64,000 nucleotides of DNA from Macrostomum hystrix. Its lineage: Eukaryota; Animalia; Platyhelminthes. This document shows positions 63,185-64,000 of the stretch, in pieces (the first letter of the stretch is position 1; every line of letters begins with the position of its first letter). Made by a program: the position numbers and the translations under genes. The notes below the pieces were generated by a model, which saw only the letters and a list, made by a program, of their open reading frames with translations, ran no database searches and was not told the origin of the DNA. The DNA is taken from contig CATNEN010000033.1 of NCBI GenBank assembly GCA_950097015.1, positions 3,906,001 through 3,970,000 of the forward strand. Direction: 5' to 3'.

Positions 63185-63625
63185 CCTTTCTACTTCCACT
63201 CTACTTCCACTCTACTTCCACTCTACTTCCACTCTACTTCCACTCTACTTCCACTCTACTTCCACTCTACTTCCACTCTACTTCCACTCTACTTCCACTC
63301 TACTTCCACTCTACTTCCACTCTATTTCCACTCTACTTCCACTCTACATCCACTCTACTTATTATCTGCATCACACTATTTCTACTCTACTTCCACTCTA
63401 CTTCCACTCTACTTCCACTCTACTTCCACTCTACTTCCACTCTACTTCCACTCTACTTCCACTCTACTTCCACTCTACTTCCACTCTACTTCCACTCTAC
63501 ATCCACTCTACTTCCACTCTACATCCACTCTACTTCTTATCTGCATCACACTATTTCTACTCTACTTCCACTCTACTTCCACTCTACTTCCACTCTACAT
63601 CCACTCTCCTTTCTCCACTCTACTT
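63185..63625. repeat. 11-bp minisatellite (CTCTACTTCCA) with a duplicated interruption
   Basis: Insert ATCTGCATCACACTATTTCTA occurs twice, 175 bp apart. Confidence 0.95.
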
Positions 63626-64000
63626 ATTCTCTACCATCTCTAACAATCTCTATCGATTGTATCCATCTCTCCTATGAGTAAAGCGATAAGCCAATCCGGG
63701 TTCCAATGTGACTGCCCCTCGCCAAAGCCCACCAAGACAAAAGTTATAGATTTTATTTACCGCACACAATGAGATTCAAGATTAACACCTGCTGAGATTG
63801 TCAATACTCGGAGCCCCGTGGACGCTCCATTTACTGATCTATAAGGACAAATGGGTCTGGGCTTACACTGTGTGACACAGCAGACACTGCCAAAGCAGAT
63901 ACAGGAACTACGAGCTTGCGGGAAGAACAGCTGTGTTGACAAACCTCACTGGGCATGAATTCCGACCTTCTCTCTGAAGCACTAAGACCTATTGGTATTT

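Overview
Eukaryotic (animal) genomic DNA with spliceosomal GT-AG introns; no prokaryotic features, rRNA or CRISPR arrays are seen. GC-rich exons, poly-Q tracts and introns or spacers filled with locus-specific minisatellites suggest a repeat-rich invertebrate such as the flatworm Macrostomum (inference from style only). I reconstruct 11 protein-coding genes by hand. In order: a MALT1-like paracaspase catalytic domain (5' end uncertain), COA7, a BEN-domain protein, a RING/TRAF-type zinc-finger E3 ligase, a DEG/ENaC channel, a secreted WSC+PAN-like protein, a tandem-C2 synaptotagmin-like protein, an SLC16/MCT transporter, an intronless FN2x3-TSP1x10 membrane protein, an OST-alpha-like transporter and Zic/odd-paired. 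Mobile DNA includes a decayed, 3'-truncated mariner, several copies of a tRNA-derived CORE-like SINE and a Penelope-type minimal hammerhead ribozyme. About 25 distinct tandem arrays are present, several with higher-order structure. Most long ORFs in the supplied track are artefacts of these arrays. All domain calls come from motif recognition by eye, not database searches.
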